From the IMG/VR virus record IMGVR_UViG_3300012954_000006: DNA of 64,000 bases. One strand, 5' to 3'. Position numbers and translations under genes: made by a program. Shown here one piece after another: positions 59,738-64,000 of the stretch. This DNA comes from an uncultured virus (IMG/VR IMGVR_UViG_3300012954_000006). Its lineage: Duplodnaviria > Heunggongvirae > Uroviricota > Caudoviricetes. Every line of letters starts with the position of its first letter. Positions within the stretch are counted from its first letter, which is position 1. Below the pieces are notes generated by a model, which was not told the DNA's origin, did no database searches, and was given only the letters and a program-made list of their open reading frames with translations.

Positions 59738-60163
59738 TTATCTTTGGTTAGCCACCAATCGTTTAGTATTGATGAGCCTTTTGATATTTGGCTCAATAAT
59801 AAAATTACCTGCCATCTTGAATTTAGATAACATTTTAAACCCTAATGTCAATTTAATAGGAATGAATAAGTCAGCGAGTATGTTGCAGCAGTTTCCACGA
59901 ATGATACGTTTGCTTTTTGCTAAAACGGTATTTGAGTGCTTGACACCACAATTAGTAAGATAACTATTGATAGTGTGCTTAGTACCATCATGCAAAGTCA
60001 CAGCATATTGATTTACTTGAAAACTTACAATATCTTTTACATTTGCTACTCCTCGTAAGGCTAGGTAGTTATTGTTATTTACCTTGTAGCCTTGTAAAGA
60101 TGCTGTAATTTCAACAATATTATTAGTGTTGATATATTCGTTTTTGTCGGTAAGTATAAGCAT
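59738..60163 (-). CDS. Hypothetical protein
   Basis: 141-aa ORF after promoter 60193-60200. Confidence 0.6.
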   Translation of the reverse strand: MLILTDKNEYINTNNIVEITASLQGYKVNNNNYLALRGVANVKDIVSFQVNQYAVTLHDGTKHTINSYLTNCGVKHSNTVLAKSKRIIRGNCCNILADLFIPIKLTLGFKMLSKFKMAGNFIIEPNIKRLINTKRLVANQR

Positions 60164-60192
60164 ATCTAAGTTGTTATTTTATTGATGATATT

Positions 60193-60367
60193 CAAAGATA
60201 GTTGTTTTTTTTGATTTTTTCAAATTTTGTCGCACTTTTTTGTGTAAAAACAGCAAAAAGACTTCTTTTGCGTAGCGTCAGTAGTAACTATAATTATAGT
60301 TGAAAGCAACGATTCGCAATAATAAAAGACCTATACTTTGATATGTCAATAGAAATTACTATCTTTA
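60193..60367. promoter_or_regulatory. Divergent promoter cassette with palindromic element (copy 4, 60266-60319)
   Basis: Homologous to 54985-55151. Confidence 0.75.
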
Positions 60368-60380
60368 CAATACAACTGTA

Positions 60381-60479
60381 AAAGCAGTTTCCGAAATCTT
60401 TTAAGGTAAAGGGACTAGAGGACGTAGTGGCTTGTCCAACAAGTGAAAGCTTGTAAAGCCTTTTGGTAAATCATTGTGA
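60381..60479 (+). ncRNA. Candidate structured RNA motif, copy C
   Basis: Begins about 14 nt after promoter box; best-pairing copy. Confidence 0.6.
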
Positions 60480-60558
60480 AAAAAGAGTTTGTCACTCATT
60501 CCAGAACTTGCTTTTGGAAAAATCATATACATTCATCTATACAAACTAAATCATAAAT

Positions 60559-61095
60559 ATGCCTTCTAAAAAAGACATCGCAGAATACTGGAAAAACAAC
60601 ATGCCATACAACGAAATGGAATTAAACTTTGATTGGGCAGATGCTGAATTTTGCTGCTGGAATTGTGGAGAAGATAAAAGGCGTAAGGAGCGTGCAAATC
60701 GTTATGACTTAGCAAGATTAGAGAGATGTCATATTCAACCAAAACAGTTTAAAGGAAGTAATGACCCTAGTAATTTTGTTTTATTATGCAAGCAATGTCA
60801 CTCTCAAGCACCCAATTACAATTCTCTAAATGCAAGTAAATATTTTTGGGAATGGATAAAATCCAATAAAGTCATGTTTCCGCTTTCCAATTCTTATAAT
60901 TTTTCAAAAGGATTAGAGATGTTTGAATATGTTAGAGAAGTAGATTTTTTATATTTTATACAAGAGCATAATATTGACTTTTCTTTAATCCAGCAAAAAA
61001 TTAAAAACATCGGCACGCATGGTGCAACATTTAATCCATCAACTTACTTTGCTATGTTTTGTGATATTTACGACAATCATGTCAAGACAATATAA
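60559..61095 (+). CDS. HNH endonuclease
   Basis: CWNCG..LERCHIQP..GSNDPSNFVLLCKQCH. Confidence 0.85.
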   Translation: MPSKKDIAEYWKNNMPYNEMELNFDWADAEFCCWNCGEDKRRKERANRYDLARLERCHIQPKQFKGSNDPSNFVLLCKQCHSQAPNYNSLNASKYFWEWIKSNKVMFPLSNSYNFSKGLEMFEYVREVDFLYFIQEHNIDFSLIQQKIKNIGTHGATFNPSTYFAMFCDIYDNHVKTI

Positions 61096-61146
61096 TTCAA
61101 TCATTGCGTTTTTGAAAAGCTAATTCTTAGCAGTTGGTTTGGAATT

Positions 61147-61186
61147 AAAAAAGCTACACAGTCAATTTCAAGTGTGTAGCTTTTTT
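61147..61186 (+). terminator. Intrinsic terminator
   Basis: AAAAAAGCTACACA..TGTGTAGCTTTTTT. Confidence 0.8.
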
Positions 61187-61225
61187 TGCATTTTTTTATT
61201 GATTTGAATCTCTCTAGCACATTGC

Positions 61226-61320
61226 AAAGCGATTACTAAAACTTTCATTATTTAAATAGATGGCATAGCGGTTCGCTAACAAGTGAAAACTTATAAAGTT
61301 TTTTGGCAAATAATTACTGA
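61226..61320 (+). repeat. Degenerate copy D of candidate RNA motif
   Basis: TAGATGGCATAGCGGTTCGCTAACAAGTGAAAACTTATAAAGTTTTTTGGCAAA. Confidence 0.55.
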
Positions 61321-61790
61321 ATAGCATCAATATCATTATCAAATAAACGTTCTATTTCATCAAGAAATACTACACTCTTGTCTATCATATCCATAGTAAA
61401 AGACCTTAATGTTGTCTTTCTAGTATTTTTTAAAGGTTTTATAAATTCTCCATTGCAATTACAAATATAACATTCTCTACACGAACCTGTACCACTTGCT
61501 ATTTTCAAAAACAATTCGCCTTCATAGTAAACATTTCCTGTTTTGCGATTATGTGTTTTTTCAAATGTCAGCTTCTTCTTATCCACGACGGACAACATCT
61601 TACAAATAGCTTCTTTTTCTTTGAGCCATGCTTTAATGTGTTTTACCAATACCCAATCACGAGGGAAGCTTCTAAATGGCAGATGATAACCCATAAATAC
61701 AAGATTATTGTGTTTATAAGTGCCTATTAACTCATTTTTCCAATAGATATTAGCTTCATACATTTCTGGTTTTTCTACTCTCATTCTCAT
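61314..61790 (-). CDS. Hypothetical protein
   Basis: 158-aa ORF; promoter 61834-61841. Confidence 0.65.
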   Translation of the reverse strand: MRMRVEKPEMYEANIYWKNELIGTYKHNNLVFMGYHLPFRSFPRDWVLVKHIKAWLKEKEAICKMLSVVDKKKLTFEKTHNRKTGNVYYEGELFLKIASGTGSCRECYICNCNGEFIKPLKNTRKTTLRSFTMDMIDKSVVFLDEIERLFDNDIDAIQ

Positions 61791-61879
61791 ATGTATTTTT
61801 TTAATGTTAAATTAATGCTTAAAATACAACATGCAAATATACAAAAAACATTTTACATAGCAGCTAAAGCGTCTTTTAC

Positions 61880-61927
61880 TTCTGTGTTCTATTTATAGAA
61901 CGCTTGTTCTACTTTTAGAACACAGAA
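61880..61927. repeat. Tandem TTCTA-N4-TAGAA element, copy 3
   Basis: TTCTGTGTTCTATTTATAGAA-CGCTTG-TTCTACTTTTAGAACACAGAA. Confidence 0.8.
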
Positions 61928-61932
61928 AATGA

Positions 61933-64000
61933 TTAAGTTAAAATGGCATCCAACAAAACCCTTTCATTAAGTATTCGTTCTTCCAGTTTATTCAAGTAAC
62001 TCAAAACGGCTGACATTATCTTCACTCGTGCTGTGGTACTATGACAAAATCTCATTAAATCATTAGCATCATCAATTAAAAGATACCCTTGAATAGTGAT
62101 GTTTACATTACCTAAATAAGCATTCTCACTAAACAACTGCTTTGAACTCCTAATACTGGGAAAGTATTTTTTTAGATAGCAGAACTCATAAATACTACCT
62201 TTGCGTGTTTTGTTTTTTGCTGTTAAAAAGACAAAAGGTATTTCTTGAAACAAATCCTTAACAGTAGTTTTGAAACGCCTAAACACTAAATTATCTTCTT
62301 CAATACAGTCTATTGTCTGCTCACTCAAAACGTCCTCAATATTAATTTCATCCTTGCCAAAAGTCACGACGATAGCCTCCTCCGCTTTGTATGTCTCAAA
62401 GGTTCGGAATTTTCTTTTTGTATGAGCTTTTCTTTTCTGCTTTGGCTTACCTAGTTGTTTACTGACATTAATCTCGCCTAATACGATGTCCTTTTGTGCT
62501 ATCTCTTTCTTTAACTCTGCCACATAAGACCTGTTATTGTTGCAATAATAATAAAAGGATTCCAATACTTGTAATTCTTTTTGTGCTACTTCATCAAAAT
62601 GTCTTTTTCGTGATAGGTGGTCTTGATAGGTAAAAGGATAGTATCTTACACCACGCCCAATAAGCTGTACTTCTGAAACGGTACTAGCTGCGACTTTCTT
62701 TGACTTAGATACGGTCTTTTTCTCATTGTTATACAACATCACAATATCGTACAGGTTCTGCACGTCCCACCCTTCTGTCAATCGCTTACAGGTAAACACC
62801 GCAGTAATATGGTTGTGTGGCTGCTCTAAACTATTCAACATAGCATCTTGTTCAGCAGTAGTTTTTTCTTTGCCTACCTTAGTCTTTATATAGCGAAGCT
62901 TTGAATGCGTCCGAATACAATTACTAGCATCAAACCTTGCCTGTGCAAATACTAACAAGTCTTGAAAGCCATCTTTGCTGCCAAGCAAATGATGTAATGC
63001 GTCGAAAAGTTTATTCTTACCTTTGACATATCTTTGCTTATTATATCCTAAGCTCTTCAAAAAAGCAAAGCTTTTTACATTTAGTTGGCTAATGGTTTCA
63101 ACAAACAAGTGATAGTCACTTTCTATGTTATCCGTTGGATGTGTTTTCATTTCGACATACTTGCTACGAAACAATATGATTGGTTTAAATTGATTAATGC
63201 CATGCTGCTCTGCTAGTCGCACTCGATACCAATTCATCAATAATGCTAGTAACATTCGTTCCCTTTTAGCTAAGTTGTTGCTCATTAGATGTACGGTTTT
63301 GGTATATCCATCTAACATAAACCGCTTCATGTCGTACTTGTAAAATACTTTGTCAGCATACTTCGCCACGACTTGCTTGTGCTTAGGGATAGTCGCTGTT
63401 AATTCTAGCAGCACGTTATTGTTTTGACTAGCACCGTTTTTGCGTAATAACATTTCGCATATTGTGTATTCCCAACTTTTATTGATACTGTCCCTGCTCG
63501 CATTGTTTTTTAGTAAATCTAGTGTACTGTTAGTCTTTTTAGTAATAGTATTAAAGTGATGAGCTTCATCTGCTAGTATCACTAAGTTCAAAGCCTGTAA
63601 TTCTTCTAGCGAGTTACTATTCTCTCTAGCAGCATGAATCTCGTTATGCAGTTTATGAATGGATGTTATCCGAATTTCCATGTCATCTGTATTGGTATCA
63701 AAATAATCTACATGACTAATATTTACCTGCTTACCATCTACATAGACATCCTTAAATAAGGCTTTGTCATAAGCATATTCAGATACCGCTAGATTGCCTT
63801 TCGTTTTTTCTAGTATGTTTTTTTGATTAGAGATAAACAGAAAGTGGCGATACCCTTGTTTGTAATAGTATAGCATCATACATGCCATCATTAAGGTTTT
63901 GCCTCCACCTGTGGCAATATTACAAAGCAAATGCGTTGGCGTATTGTATTGATGTATGTGTTGTTGATAGGCGAGAAAGTGGAGGAGGCAATCCTCTTGG
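61933..64000 (-). CDS. Type III restriction Res-like DEAH helicase, 5'-partial, apparently lacking C-terminal nuclease
   Basis: ATGGGKT, ADEAHH, LTAT, LTEGWDV.NLYDIV, QLIGRG; frame open to window edge; no PD..ExK motif before stop. Confidence 0.8.
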   Translation of the reverse strand, partial: QEDCLLHFLAYQQHIHQYNTPTHLLCNIATGGGKTLMMACMMLYYYKQGYRHFLFISNQKNILEKTKGNLAVSEYAYDKALFKDVYVDGKQVNISHVDYFDTNTDDMEIRITSIHKLHNEIHAARENSNSLEELQALNLVILADEAHHFNTITKKTNSTLDLLKNNASRDSINKSWEYTICEMLLRKNGASQNNNVLLELTATIPKHKQVVAKYADKVFYKYDMKRFMLDGYTKTVHLMSNNLAKRERMLLALLMNWYRVRLAEQHGINQFKPIILFRSKYVEMKTHPTDNIESDYHLFVETISQLNVKSFAFLKSLGYNKQRYVKGKNKLFDALHHLLGSKDGFQDLLVFAQARFDASNCIRTHSKLRYIKTKVGKEKTTAEQDAMLNSLEQPHNHITAVFTCKRLTEGWDVQNLYDIVMLYNNEKKTVSKSKKVAASTVSEVQLIGRGVRYYPFTYQDHLSRKRHFDEVAQKELQVLESFYYYCNNNRSYVAELKKEIAQKDIVLGEINVSKQLGKPKQKRKAHTKRKFRTFETYKAEEAIVVTFGKDEINIEDVLSEQTIDCIEEDNLVFRRFKTTVKDLFQEIPFVFLTAKNKTRKGSIYEFCYLKKYFPSIRSSKQLFSENAYLGNVNITIQGYLLIDDANDLMRFCHSTTARVKIMSAVLSYLNKLEERILNERVLLDAILT

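Noticed and set aside
59738..60163. LytTR DNA-binding domain
   Set aside because: Only weak flanking resemblance; the central RxHRS motif is absent.
24403..61927. CRISPR array from the recurring palindromes
   Set aside because: Copies are dispersed kilobases apart with no regular repeat-spacer structure.
1..64000. Genome-wide stop codon reassignment (code 15 or code 4)
   Set aside because: Long core genes have no in-frame stops, TAG and TGA end genes at natural C-termini (MTase QAALF*, SSB DDLPF*), and the interruptions involve all three stop codons.
1..64000. tRNA or rRNA genes, integrase, reverse transcriptase/DGR
   Set aside because: No cloverleaf or diagnostic motifs recognised by eye; tRNAscan was not run.

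Overview
AT-rich segment of a large tailed phage or prophage of a Bacteroidota host. The host call rests on more than 15 TAnnTTTG (-7) promoter boxes placed directly before genes. About 3.3-18.7 kb is a minus-strand virion operon: S49 prohead protease, scaffold, probable major capsid, Ig-like protein, tail-tube-like protein and a LamG fibre. It is unusually Cys-rich and includes two proteins with Sec signal peptides. Next come a lytic transglycosylase, SSB and about 45 kb of accessory genes (SNF2-MTase fusion, NAD ligase, homing endonucleases, phosphoesterase, a Tad1-like sponge, type III Res, many small hypotheticals). The most striking pattern is a set of recognisable but apparently catalytically dead or truncated copies of defence-system parts (DUF262, DUF3696 ATPase, PtuA-like ATPase half, DNA MTase fused to an aspartyl protease, nuclease-less type III Res). 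There are also dead copies of the phage's own core proteins: terminase ATPase and nuclease domains beside Tad1, and a membrane-anchored double tail-tube paralogue. Together these suggest a decoy or dominant-negative counter-defence arsenal (inference). Also present are a 4-copy candidate structured RNA, two dispersed palindromic DNA-site families and several genes broken by single in-frame stops. All family assignments are motif recognition by eye; no searches were run.
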